A stretch of DNA of 64,000 bases, taken from the NCBI GenBank assembly GCA_963774065.1, contig CAVZDO010000002.1, positions 21,799 through 85,798 on the forward strand. The letters are read 5' to 3'. This document shows positions 34,294 through 44,386 of the stretch, piece after piece; the stretch's first letter is position 1; each line of letters starts with the position of its first letter. The notes under the pieces were generated by a model, which ran no database searches, was not told the origin of the DNA, and saw only the letters and a program-made list of their open reading frames with translations. This DNA is from Chitinophagia bacterium. GTDB taxonomy: Bacteria > Bacteroidota > Bacteroidia > Chitinophagales > Chitinophagaceae. The translations under genes and the position numbers were made by a program.

Positions 34294-35574
34294 ATGAAAA
34301 ACATTTTATTATTTGGCGCCGGCAAATCTGCAACTTATCTTATCGAATATCTTTGCAACGAAATTCAGAAACTAAACTGGCAACTAACGGTTGCCGACAA
34401 TAATCTTGAATTGATTCAGTCAAAAATCGGAAATGCTTTACATGCTAATGCCGTTGCAATTAATATAGAAAATGAAACTGCACGTAAATTACTTGTTCAA
34501 AATTCCGATATAGTCATTTCATTATTGCCGCCAAGTCTTCATTATTTAATTGCGAAAGATTGCATTGAATTTAAAAAGAATTTGCTCACCGCTTCTTACC
34601 TCGATGATAATATTAAAAAACTCGAACAGGAAATAAACGAAAATAAATTATTGTTTTTATGCGAGATGGGATTGGATCCGGGCATTGACCACATGAGTGT
34701 AATGCAATTGGTAACAAAAATTAAAAAAGAAAATGGAAAGATAACTTCATTCAAATCGCATACCGGAGGTTTGGTTGCGCCAGAAAGTGATAACAATCCT
34801 TGGCATTATAAAATAAGTTGGAACCCGCAAAACGTAGCGCTGGCGGGTGTTTCCGGCGCGATATATAAAGAGAACGGAGAAATAAAAAATATTCCGTACG
34901 AAAAATTATTTGATGATTGCAAGACTGTTCAGATTGATAGCGTCGGAGAACTTGCTTATTATCCAAACCGGAATTCATTACATTATATCGACCTATACAA
35001 ATTAGATAACCCGGACACTTTTATAAGAACAACTTTGCGATACCCTGCATTTTGCAATGGATGGAAATACATTGTATCTGCAGGATTAACCGACAATAAA
35101 AAAAATGTTAACACCTATAAATTAACTTTTAAAGAATGGTCGTCGTCAATCATTCCTTACCTCACAGAAAAAAATAAAAATCAGTTTGAATATCTTGGAT
35201 TTTTTGATGAGAAAGAAGTTCCGGCGTCGGCAAAAACATCGGCAGAAATTCTGCAGTTTTTGCTGGAAACAAAATTAGCTATGCAGCCTGCCGATAAAGA
35301 TATGATCGTAATGCTGCACGAATTAGAATACGAAATGCAAAATGAAAAACATACAATCAAAAGCAGTTTAATAGTAAAAGGAGAAAATAATATCAGAACT
35401 GCAATGGCAAAAACTGTTGGCTTGCCGTTGGGAATTGCCGCCAAACTTATTTTACAAAATGAAATAAAACTAACGGGAATGCATATCCCCATTTTACCGG
35501 AAATTTATGAACCCGTTCTTGATGAGTTAAAAAATCATGGAATAACTTTTAGAGAATTGATAATAGATAATTGA
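34294..35574 (+). CDS. Saccharopine dehydrogenase family protein
   Basis: N-terminal Rossmann ILLFGAGKSATYLIEYL and a length of 426 aa. Confidence 0.8.
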   Translation: MKNILLFGAGKSATYLIEYLCNEIQKLNWQLTVADNNLELIQSKIGNALHANAVAINIENETARKLLVQNSDIVISLLPPSLHYLIAKDCIEFKKNLLTASYLDDNIKKLEQEINENKLLFLCEMGLDPGIDHMSVMQLVTKIKKENGKITSFKSHTGGLVAPESDNNPWHYKISWNPQNVALAGVSGAIYKENGEIKNIPYEKLFDDCKTVQIDSVGELAYYPNRNSLHYIDLYKLDNPDTFIRTTLRYPAFCNGWKYIVSAGLTDNKKNVNTYKLTFKEWSSSIIPYLTEKNKNQFEYLGFFDEKEVPASAKTSAEILQFLLETKLAMQPADKDMIVMLHELEYEMQNEKHTIKSSLIVKGENNIRTAMAKTVGLPLGIAAKLILQNEIKLTGMHIPILPEIYEPVLDELKNHGITFRELIIDN

Positions 35575-35632
35575 TAATGTGGAAATATGAAAATGTGAAA
35601 AATGCAGTGAAACCTGAATTTGTAAGACTGAA

Positions 35633-35708
35633 GCTGAATAGAATTGTTGCAGTACAAGAGTGCGACGCAAGGATGATCAATAGAGAACAAATGCAGGGAA
35701 CAAAATAA
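35633..35708 (-). repeat. 19-nt-core intergenic repeat, copy 4
   Basis: Core at 35652-35670 (reverse orientation). Confidence 0.9.
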
Positions 35709-35802
35709 CAATGAATAATGAACAAAGAACAATGATGCTAACAGCAATGCATACCCGAAACTAAGAAATCGTACATCGTACATCTAAAATCGCTCATTGC
35801 TC

Positions 35803-37140
35803 TCACTCTACATCAATATTTAATTTGCCAATAAGATGATAACCCGCATTTCTGTATATAACTACGTACTTTCCTTTTCGCAAATACAATAAATAATTTC
35901 CTTTGTTGGTGGGAATATAACTTTGATCGGCAGGAACAATTTTTCCGGGACTATATTCATCCGCTTCTGTTTTATAATATGCCTGCACTAAAAAAACATC
36001 TTTATTATTTGGATTGATGTAAACTCCTTGTCGCAACCCGTAAAGAGAAAGCCATTGAGCCCGTCCATCGCGATAAGCTGTTGGCGGATGAATGACGCTG
36101 ACATCATAGCTATTATTGTTGGTGATATTTACCGGCTCATTATTGATCATCGCAACGGAAGAAGACGCAAGCAAATATTTTTGCGTGTACGCTTTATATA
36201 ACGCGTTACCATAACCGAAACTGCTTCCTTCGCTCATATCCGTTTGATTAATTGTTAACGGATCAATTCCGGAAATTTTTTTGAACGCTATAGCCATCGG
36301 AACATAATTTGAATCAGAAGATTTTTCAGCTATATGCCCATAGCTCGCGTAAACAAAAATTTTTGCGGAAGGATCATTTTTTATAACATCATAAATATTT
36401 TTTGCCTGGATGGAATCGCGTTCAGTAGGTGTATGATGTTCGCTTAATGCAGCAGTATCTTCATAAGAAACCAAAGTGTAACCAATCTCTAATGCTCTCC
36501 TTATTAATTCTCCCGCTATAGGTTCTGCAGTGTAATAACCGCTGTTGATGGTAAGTTTATTGAGCGAATGATTGGAATAATTATTCAGCATTTCCATTGC
36601 GAGATAATGAAATCCTTTGTTGTATAATTCTTCGAGCAGCGATATTGCAAATACCCGGTGCAATGCTTTCGACTGCGCTTCATTAAGCATTATTACTTTA
36701 AAATCTTTGGCAAGAAAAGAAATATATCTTCTCGCATCCACATGCTGAATATTTTTTAATTCGTTGACGGTTTTCTGAATATTTTTTTCAGATACTTCAT
36801 CAACACCTTCATAGCCTTCCTGTTCATATTCCAGCACGCTATGATAATCTTCCGTAAAAGAAACGGCATTGCTTAACTCATTATAATAATCGTTACCCAG
36901 TATGGTTTTGAATTTGTTTGATTGCTTATACAATTGATAAAGCGGATACAAATAATGCAGGTTGCCGCCGGGTTGCAGACTTATATAATTCAATGAAGAA
37001 TCGTAACCGCGCGGAAAATATTTTTCTGAAAATGTTTTTAATTTTTGCAAACTCGGATCCGTTTGTGTTAATGCAAAACAAGGAATCATCACAATAAATA
37101 CTCCAGCTATAAAACATTTCATCACCGGCAATTTGTGCAA
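35803..37140 (-). CDS. Hypothetical secreted protein (possibly ChaN/Tiki-like)
   Basis: 445-aa ORF with a signal peptide. The family guess is weak. Confidence 0.55.
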   Translation of the reverse strand: MHKLPVMKCFIAGVFIVMIPCFALTQTDPSLQKLKTFSEKYFPRGYDSSLNYISLQPGGNLHYLYPLYQLYKQSNKFKTILGNDYYNELSNAVSFTEDYHSVLEYEQEGYEGVDEVSEKNIQKTVNELKNIQHVDARRYISFLAKDFKVIMLNEAQSKALHRVFAISLLEELYNKGFHYLAMEMLNNYSNHSLNKLTINSGYYTAEPIAGELIRRALEIGYTLVSYEDTAALSEHHTPTERDSIQAKNIYDVIKNDPSAKIFVYASYGHIAEKSSDSNYVPMAIAFKKISGIDPLTINQTDMSEGSSFGYGNALYKAYTQKYLLASSSVAMINNEPVNITNNNSYDVSVIHPPTAYRDGRAQWLSLYGLRQGVYINPNNKDVFLVQAYYKTEADEYSPGKIVPADQSYIPTNKGNYLLYLRKGKYVVIYRNAGYHLIGKLNIDVE

Positions 37141-37168
37141 TGATAAACAACTGTTTGTTACCGAAAAT

Positions 37169-37870
37169 TTAAAGATGAGAATTTTGCAAAATTAATTTCA
37201 GTTCCTCCACTCCTTCCGACGCAGGTTTTTCAATTGCCGTAATATTTTGCAACGATGAAGTATATGGAATGCGTTTATCAATAATAAATTTTGAAATGAA
37301 CGCAGGCGCGTAATTTATTAATCCTGCCGCAGGGTAAACAACCAGCGAAGTTCCGACAACAACAAAAATATCCGCGCTTCTCACCACATCAATCGCAGCT
37401 TCGATCATCGGAACAGGTTCTTCAAACCAAACAATATTCGGGCGCAGTTGCATTCCATCATCAGCCATATCTCCCAATTTCATATCCGATTTTATTTCGT
37501 AAATGAGTCCTGTGTCATGTTCGCTGCGCATTTTAAAAATCTCACCGTGTAAATGCATAACTTTTGTTGAGCCGGCACGTTCGTGCAAATCATCAATATT
37601 TTGTGTGATGATATGCACATCAAAATTTTTTTCTAAATCGGCAAATCCAAAATGTGCGGCATTAGGTTTTGCATCCAGCACATTTTTGCGGCGCATGTTA
37701 TAAAAATCCAAAACGAGCTGCGGATTTTTTTTCCATGCGCGCGGCGTCGCCACTTCTGTAACTTCATAGCCTTCCCACAAACCATCGCTGTCGCGAAAAG
37801 TTTTTAATCCGCTCTCCGCACTGATTCCTGCGCCAGAAAGAACAACAAGTTTCTTTAACGTCTGAACCAT
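37169..37870 (-). CDS. cobB: NAD-dependent protein deacylase (Sir2 family)
   Basis: Motifs GAGISAESGLKTFRD, TQNIDDLHERAG and GTSLVVYPAA. Confidence 0.9.
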   Translation of the reverse strand: MVQTLKKLVVLSGAGISAESGLKTFRDSDGLWEGYEVTEVATPRAWKKNPQLVLDFYNMRRKNVLDAKPNAAHFGFADLEKNFDVHIITQNIDDLHERAGSTKVMHLHGEIFKMRSEHDTGLIYEIKSDMKLGDMADDGMQLRPNIVWFEEPVPMIEAAIDVVRSADIFVVVGTSLVVYPAAGLINYAPAFISKFIIDKRIPYTSSLQNITAIEKPASEGVEELKLILQNSHL

Positions 37871-37925
37871 GATTTATTTGATTCACCTGGAATAAATTCA
37901 GAAATTATTTTAAAGTTAATTGAAA

Positions 37926-38003
37926 TTTTGTACCAGGGCGATTGATCTACTATTAAACGGCCGTTGCGTCGCACTCTTGTACAGTTGGAATTCTATTGAG
38001 CGC
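37926..38003 (+). repeat. 19-nt-core intergenic repeat, copy 5
   Basis: Core at 37964-37982. Confidence 0.9.
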
Positions 38004-38105
38004 TGATGATCTTCGGCTATGCATTACTGTTATTGACCAGGCAATGACAAAGGCACTGCAGCAATTGCGCCATTTTCACATTTTCATATTTTCACATTAG
38101 CTCAT

Positions 38106-38516
38106 TCACTTCTCTCCTGCTAATTCCAAAATCACATCGTGTTCTTTATCTGAAACAGGTTGCACAGATAATCTTCCGATGCGCACGAGCGCCATATTGG
38201 AAAGTCGCTTATCTTTTTTTATTGTTTCGAGCGAAACAGGATTCTTTAATTTTTTATATGGCTTTAGTTCAACAGCAACCCAAGCATCGTCATCTGTTGT
38301 CGGATCCTGGAAAAATTCTTTTGAAACTTTTGCAATGCCAACAATATCCAATCCTTCATTGCTGTGATAGAAAAAAACTTCATCTCCTTTTTTCATAGCT
38401 TTTAAATGAATGCGCGCTGCGTAATTGCGAACACCATCCCAGGTAGTTTGCTTATCTTTTTGCAATTGCTCAAAACTATAAGTCGAAGGTTCTGATTTTA
38501 CTAACCAATATGCCAT
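38106..38516 (-). CDS. EVE domain protein
   Basis: MAYWLVKSEPSTYSFEQL...WDGVRNYAAR. Confidence 0.85.
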   Translation of the reverse strand: MAYWLVKSEPSTYSFEQLQKDKQTTWDGVRNYAARIHLKAMKKGDEVFFYHSNEGLDIVGIAKVSKEFFQDPTTDDDAWVAVELKPYKKLKNPVSLETIKKDKRLSNMALVRIGRLSVQPVSDKEHDVILELAGEK

Positions 38517-38694
38517 GATGATTTTAGATTTAAGATTTACGATGTTAGAGATGTAAATTTCATTAACCTTTTTGCAACATCAAAAAAATTTTTTTCTTTT
38601 TTAAATCCAACTTCTGATCTCTTGTCGTATGTGTTTTTGTTGTTTACATGCAACGATCTGTTGTTAATCTTAAAAATTGTTAAAAAAAATTATT

Positions 38695-39255
38695 ATGAAA
38701 TCAATTAAATTTCTATCTACACTTGTACTATCCGTATTCGCACTTAATTTTTCATTTGCACAAATGGAAAAAACCGTTGAAGTTGGCGGCGCTCCAATGT
38801 ATCCGTCAAAAAATATTGTTGAAAATGCAGTTAATTCAAAAGATCATACCACATTGGTTGCCGCTGTAAAAGCTGCAGGATTAGTTGAAACTTTAGAAAG
38901 CGCCGGACCCTTCACCGTGTTTGCTCCAACTAACGAAGCATTCAATATGTTACCAAACGGAACTGTTGAAAGCTTACTCAAACCCGAGAACAAAGAAAAG
39001 CTTGCTGGCATTCTTACTTATCATGTTGTAGCCGGCAGATTGGGCTCGAAAGAAATTGCGGCTTTAATTAAAGCAGGCAATGGCACCGCCGAATTAAAAA
39101 CAGTTGCAGGCGGAAAATTGTGGGCTATGATGAAAGGAAGTAAAATTATTTTGAAAGATGAAAATGGCGGAATGGCAACTGTTACCATTAAAGATGTTTA
39201 TCAAAGTAACGGTGTGATTCATGTAATCAATCATGTGTTACTTCCGAAAAGTTAG
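38695..39255 (+). CDS. Fasciclin domain protein, secreted
   Basis: Signal peptide plus FAS1 motifs (TVFAPTNEAF, GVIHVINHVLLP). Confidence 0.85.
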   Translation: MKSIKFLSTLVLSVFALNFSFAQMEKTVEVGGAPMYPSKNIVENAVNSKDHTTLVAAVKAAGLVETLESAGPFTVFAPTNEAFNMLPNGTVESLLKPENKEKLAGILTYHVVAGRLGSKEIAALIKAGNGTAELKTVAGGKLWAMMKGSKIILKDENGGMATVTIKDVYQSNGVIHVINHVLLPKS

Positions 39256-39369
39256 TTTTGGTTATATCCTGAGAGTGTTATAAAAGCCGGTAATTTATTT
39301 ACCGGTTTTTTGTTTGTAATAATTTGTAAATTGTCGTGGCAAAATTTATTTGCAAAGAAATTATCAGCT

Positions 39370-40044
39370 ATGAAAAAAATGGTGAAGAAGCATCCGTTGT
39401 GGATGCGCTGGTTTCATTGGATTAATTTTCCCATATTGATTGTGATGACCTGGAGCGGATTATTAATTTATTGGGCCAACGATGTGTACAAACTCGGATG
39501 GGGCAACACAACAATTTTAAAATTCTTTCCGCAATCTTTTTATGATGCGCTCCATCTTAATTACAAATTAGCAGAAGGAATGGCTTTTCATTTTGTGTTT
39601 ATGTGGTTGTTTTTTGTAAATGGTTTTTTTTACGTACTGTACACAATTATTTCTGGTGAGTGGCGTGAGCTTGTTCCAAACCGGCATTCATTTAAAGAAG
39701 CATGGTTTGTAGTTTTGCACGATCTGCATTTGCGAAAAACTGCGCCGCCACAAAAAAAATATAATGCTGCGCAAAGAATTGCATACAGCGCAATCATCGT
39801 AATGGGATTCGGTTCTATTCTTACCGGGTTAGCAATTTATAAACCGGTGCAATTATGGTGGCTTTGCGATTTAATGGGCGGATACGCGTTTGCGCGCATT
39901 CTTCATTTTGCATTGACAATTGGCTATTCATTATTTTTTATTGTGCATATAGTGCAGGTTATACTTGCAGGATGGAATAATTTTAGAAGTGTGGTAACAG
40001 GTTTTGAAGTGGTGAAGGATGATAATGAAAAAATTTCTGTATGA
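39370..40044 (+). CDS. Cytochrome b-type membrane subunit (PF01292-like)
   Basis: HPLWMRWFHWINF with four TM helices and conserved His residues. Its stop overlaps the start of the next gene. Confidence 0.7.
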   Translation: MKKMVKKHPLWMRWFHWINFPILIVMTWSGLLIYWANDVYKLGWGNTTILKFFPQSFYDALHLNYKLAEGMAFHFVFMWLFFVNGFFYVLYTIISGEWRELVPNRHSFKEAWFVVLHDLHLRKTAPPQKKYNAAQRIAYSAIIVMGFGSILTGLAIYKPVQLWWLCDLMGGYAFARILHFALTIGYSLFFIVHIVQVILAGWNNFRSVVTGFEVVKDDNEKISV

Positions 40045-40829
40045 AAAAGTTTTTAAAAAATTTATTTGTCAGCAATGCAAAACTTTCTGTTGAAGAAATT
40101 ATCAGGAAGAAAACATTCATATCTTTCTTTTTCTTTTTTCTTCTTATCGCTACAGGCATCGGCGCATGGAAATTTTTGTGGAATCAACCTATGGAAAGTA
40201 ATATGGCTGGTGCAATTCAAAAACCATTGCGCGCTATTCTTAATGCTAATGAAAAAATATTCAACAAAACTTTAAGTCCAAACCATCTTGCAAAGACCTA
40301 TACCATTGCTGAAGCTGCAAAAAGAGTTCGTGTAAATGGAAATATCGGCATGGGAAATAATTTTGATCCCGCCAAATGGAAATTGCAGGTGATAAAAAAT
40401 AATGGCGATACACTTTTTTTTACTTTAGACGACATAAAGAAATTACCTAAGACAGAAATTATTTTCAATTTTAAATGCATCGAAGGCTGGAGCCAGATTA
40501 CATGGTGGGGTGGCGCAAAATTTTCTGATTTTGTAAAATATTATCACCTCGAAAATGAATCGAACATGCAATACGTTGGCTTATCGACACCCGATGGCGC
40601 ATATTATGTTGGCATTGATATGGCGAGTGCAATTCATCCGCAAACATTATTGTGTTATGAAATGAACAGGCAGCCTTTGCCAATGAACCAGGGTTATCCT
40701 CTGCGGTTAATTATTCCTGTTAAATACGGAATCAAAAATATTAAACGAATCGGAACTATTTTTTTCAGCAACGAACGCCCGCCCGATTATTGGTTTGAAA
40801 GAGGCTACGACTATTATTCTGGTTTGTAA
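40041..40829 (+). CDS. Molybdopterin-dependent oxidoreductase (sulfite oxidase / MsrP-like fold)
   Basis: FKCIEGWS...GYPLRLIIPVKYGIKNIKRI. Confidence 0.75.
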   Translation: MKKFLKNLFVSNAKLSVEEIIRKKTFISFFFFFLLIATGIGAWKFLWNQPMESNMAGAIQKPLRAILNANEKIFNKTLSPNHLAKTYTIAEAAKRVRVNGNIGMGNNFDPAKWKLQVIKNNGDTLFFTLDDIKKLPKTEIIFNFKCIEGWSQITWWGGAKFSDFVKYYHLENESNMQYVGLSTPDGAYYVGIDMASAIHPQTLLCYEMNRQPLPMNQGYPLRLIIPVKYGIKNIKRIGTIFFSNERPPDYWFERGYDYYSGL

Positions 40830-40983
40830 TAAAAAAACTTATTCGCTGCCATCCATATCACATTTTTTCGCGTATATAGATTAAGGGAACTGTTTTTTAT
40901 TGTATTTAACTCTTGCGACAGGTTGTTTTAAGGGTTCAGCCATCTGTATGCTTCTGCATAGCAGATGGTTTTTTTATTGCCAC

Positions 40984-41703
40984 CTAAGAAAAATTGGCGA
41001 GCACATCAGCTATATGCATTGTTTTAAGTTCATATTCTTTTTTGCGGATGTAGCCATCCAAATGCATGAGACAGGATAAATCTGTAGAAATAATATAATC
41101 GGCGCCCGTTTTTAATGCGTTATCCACTTTTTGCTCAGCCATAGCAATAGAAATAGATTCAAATTTCACTGCGAACGTTCCTCCGAAACCACAACAAGTT
41201 TCCACTTCATTCATTTCAATCAACTCCAGACCTTTCACATTCGATAATAATTTTCTTGGCTCCTGTTTTATTTTGCATTCACGCAAACCTGCGCATGAAT
41301 CATGATAAGTTGCTTTTGCCTGAAACTTTGCGCCCACATCTTCTACATGCAAAACATTAATTAAAAATTCGGAAAACTCGTACACATTTTTTTGCAGCTC
41401 TTTTACTTCATTATGCAGCGAACTGTTATCAAATAATTTTTGATAATAATTTCTCACGAAACCTGTACATGAAGCGCTCGGAGAAATTATATATTCACTG
41501 CCGGAAAAATCTTTAATAAATTTTGAACAAACATCTTTTGCCTCTTTCCAAAAACCTGCGTTGAAAGCCGGTTGTCCGCAACAAGTTTGATTTGGATTGT
41601 ATTCAACTTTGCAACCAACTTTTTCCAAAACCTTTATCATGTTAAACGCAGTTTGCGGATATAGCTGGTCAACAAAACAAGGTATAAAGATTTGGACGTT
41701 CAT
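40984..41703 (-). CDS. (Fe-S)-binding protein with two CCG domains (LutA/GlpC-like)
   Basis: IPCFVDQLYP...CCGQPAFNAG and ETCCGFGGTF. Confidence 0.8.
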   Translation of the reverse strand: MNVQIFIPCFVDQLYPQTAFNMIKVLEKVGCKVEYNPNQTCCGQPAFNAGFWKEAKDVCSKFIKDFSGSEYIISPSASCTGFVRNYYQKLFDNSSLHNEVKELQKNVYEFSEFLINVLHVEDVGAKFQAKATYHDSCAGLRECKIKQEPRKLLSNVKGLELIEMNEVETCCGFGGTFAVKFESISIAMAEQKVDNALKTGADYIISTDLSCLMHLDGYIRKKEYELKTMHIADVLANFS

Positions 41704-41723
41704 AAAATGAGTTGCAAAATAAT

Positions 41724-42224
41724 TTACTTCTTTAACGACTGAACAAAAGAAATCATTTTCAATGCAGTGATAGCGGCTTCTTCTCCTTTGTGTCCGTGCT
41801 TTCCGCCGATGCGTTCATCAGCCTGCTGCTGATTATCTACAGTAAGCACTCCAAAAATTGTTGGCGCCGGCAACATTAAATTTAATTGAACAACACCATC
41901 TGTTACGGCTTTGCATACGTAATCAAAATGCGGTGTGTCTCCACGAAGCACGCAACCCAAAGCAATAAATGCATCAGGTTTCCTTTTAGAATATTTATTT
42001 TTCTCCCAATATTTTTTTATAGAAAAAGCAATTTCAAATGCGCCGGGAACGGTGATGATTTGTATTTTTTTAATTCCGGATTCAGTCAATTTTTTTTTGC
42101 AGCCATTTTCCAGTTCATCAACAATAGCAGCGTTCCATTCCGTGCGCACAATAACAACACAGGCATCCTGTTTATTTTGGATGCCTGATGTTTTTAATAA
42201 TTTGCTGTTGCTTATTTCTGCCAT
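41724..42224 (-). CDS. ribH: 6,7-dimethyl-8-ribityllumazine synthase
   Basis: VPGAFEI, GCVLRGDTPHFDYV and KGEEAA. Confidence 0.9.
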   Translation of the reverse strand: MAEISNSKLLKTSGIQNKQDACVVIVRTEWNAAIVDELENGCKKKLTESGIKKIQIITVPGAFEIAFSIKKYWEKNKYSKRKPDAFIALGCVLRGDTPHFDYVCKAVTDGVVQLNLMLPAPTIFGVLTVDNQQQADERIGGKHGHKGEEAAITALKMISFVQSLKK

Positions 42225-42326
42225 CGTATAAAGTTTCGAGGTGCAAGATTCAAGGAACAAGAAAAGTATCAAATATTTTTAATTGCTGCACATAAGGCTT
42301 GTGCCTCGCATCTTGCCTTTTATATC

Positions 42327-43007
42327 TTATTTAAAAACACCCAGTCTTCCCAAATACTTATCAATATCCTGTCCTCTTTGCGAGCCCGGATATTTATCTT
42401 TTATCATCTGGTACATTTCAATCGCCTCTTTTGTTTTGCCGATGCTTTCATACAAATACCCTGCACGAAAAAGATATTCCGGTGAAATCACATCATCCTT
42501 ATCAGAAAGCGTTCCTGCTTTTTTATACTCCTCAATCGCTTCTTCTTTTTTATTTAATTCAGAATAGGCATCGCCAAGCATTCCATAAGCGCGCGCCTGC
42601 ACCTGGTAAGCAGAAGTGCTAAAATCTTTAAGATATTTCACTGCGTTATTAAAATCGCCAAGTTTAAGATAACAACTGCCCGCATAAAATTTAGCGAGGT
42701 TGGCGGCTTTGGTGCCGCTGTATTTAGAAATTATTTTCGCAAAACCCGCGTTAATATTATCTCCATTCAATGCAAGTTTTACAGAATCCATTCTATAATA
42801 TTGCTCAGCCTGGAACATTGCGTCTTCGGCTTTTTTCTCATTAGGTTCCTGCACTATGTATTTGTACGCCAAAAATGCCGCAATGACAAGTATCACCGCG
42901 GAAATACCATAGGTTAATTGCTTACCGAATTTTCCCCAGAATTGTTGTGCGCGGTCAACTAAATTAATTTCATTTTCCAGATGAGCAGGCTGTTTTATTT
43001 CGGACAT
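42327..43007 (-). CDS. Membrane-anchored TPR protein (YfgM-like)
   Basis: N-terminal TM helix plus TPR-like repeats. Confidence 0.65.
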   Translation of the reverse strand: MSEIKQPAHLENEINLVDRAQQFWGKFGKQLTYGISAVILVIAAFLAYKYIVQEPNEKKAEDAMFQAEQYYRMDSVKLALNGDNINAGFAKIISKYSGTKAANLAKFYAGSCYLKLGDFNNAVKYLKDFSTSAYQVQARAYGMLGDAYSELNKKEEAIEEYKKAGTLSDKDDVISPEYLFRAGYLYESIGKTKEAIEMYQMIKDKYPGSQRGQDIDKYLGRLGVFK

Positions 43008-43147
43008 ATTCTTATTTACGATTTACGAATTATGATTTACGATTTATTTATTTTCGGTTATATGTTACTGTCAGCTGTTAGCTTTTAGCCATTAGCTGGC
43101 AGCTGTATTCATTTCCACATTTTCACATCTTCAAATTTTCAAATTCA

Positions 43148-44143
43148 TCAATCAACAATAAACGGATAATTCTTATCCATATAAATATCTTTCAACACTT
43201 CGCTGTCATCCGGAAATGGAGATTCTTCGGCAAATTTCACAGACTGCGCAACGGTATCCGCTACACGATTATTAATTGCATCAATTTCTTCCTGCGTTGC
43301 AAATTTTTTTGCAAGAATGGTTTCAAGCACCTGCTGAATCGGATCACGATGTTTGTACTCATCCACTTCTTCTTTTGAACGATATTTTTGCGGATCTGAA
43401 ATTGAATGTCCTTTATACCTGTACGTTTTTATTTCAAGCAATGTCGGACCTTCGCCATCTCGCGCGCGTTTCACCGCACGACTAACACCTTCATGAACTG
43501 CTTCGGGACTCATTCCATCAACAGAGTCGCCGGGCATTTCATAGGCCTCAGCAAGTTTATAAATATCCACAACGTTCGAGCTTCTTTCAACAGAAGTTCC
43601 CATTGCGTAATTATTATTCTCACAAATAAAAACAACAGGCAATTTCCACAACATCGCAAGGTTAAAAGTTTCGTGTAAAACACCCTGTCGCGCGGCGCCA
43701 TCTCCAAAAAAAGTTAAGGTAGCATTTGTAGTTCCTTTATATTTTTCTGCAAAAGCTATTCCGGCGCCAACGCCTATTTGTCCGCCCACAATTCCATGAC
43801 CTCCAAAAAATCTTTCTTTAATTCCAAAAAAGTGCATGCTGCCGCCTTTTCCTTTCGCTACACCGGTTGATTTGCCGTATAGCTCGGCCATGCATGCATT
43901 TGCACTCACTCCTTTGGATAAAGCCAGCCCGTGATCGCGATAGCCGGTTATGAAAGGATCATCGGGACGCGTAGCCGTCATGCATCCGGCGGCAATTGCT
44001 TCCTGCCCTACATAGGCATGAAAAAACCCGCGGATTTTTCCTTCCATTTTATATTTTTCCTCTGCCATTAATTCAAACTGGCGGATGAGCTGCATCAACT
44101 CATACCAGTACAAATAAGTTTCCTTGGAGAATTTAGAAGCCAC
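43148..44143 (-). CDS. pdhA: Pyruvate dehydrogenase E1 alpha subunit
   Basis: GFFHAYVGQEA and the TPP motif GDGAARQG...NN. A GTG start at 44143 is preferred over the longer ORF. Confidence 0.85.
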   Translation of the reverse strand: MASKFSKETYLYWYELMQLIRQFELMAEEKYKMEGKIRGFFHAYVGQEAIAAGCMTATRPDDPFITGYRDHGLALSKGVSANACMAELYGKSTGVAKGKGGSMHFFGIKERFFGGHGIVGGQIGVGAGIAFAEKYKGTTNATLTFFGDGAARQGVLHETFNLAMLWKLPVVFICENNNYAMGTSVERSSNVVDIYKLAEAYEMPGDSVDGMSPEAVHEGVSRAVKRARDGEGPTLLEIKTYRYKGHSISDPQKYRSKEEVDEYKHRDPIQQVLETILAKKFATQEEIDAINNRVADTVAQSVKFAEESPFPDDSEVLKDIYMDKNYPFIVD

Positions 44144-44250
44144 TTTGCTAAAATTTGAGTGTGCAAAGATAAGGGTATGGATGGAAAGGCACAAGAAATA
44201 AGGTGTAAGGTTTAAGGTATAAGGTAACCGAACAATTTTTCTTAATCCTT

Positions 44251-44325
44251 ATTTATGTAACCGGCATTGGAATTCTATTAAGCATCGTTGCGTCGCACTC
44301 TTGTACGGCAACAATTCTATTCAGC
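44251..44325 (+). repeat. 19-nt-core intergenic repeat, copy 6
   Basis: Core at 44288-44306, in the divergent pdhA/recF spacer. Confidence 0.9.
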
Positions 44326-44386
44326 TTTAGGTTCAAATTCTAAAATTCAAACTAACTGTTATCTTGCGATAATTAAAATCTTCTTA

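Noticed and set aside
44288-44386. Long N-terminal extension of recF (MRRTLVRQQFYS...)
   Set aside because: The proposed start codon is the TTG inside the invariant repeat core. The RecF homology (LKNISLVQFKNY) begins about 33 codons later.
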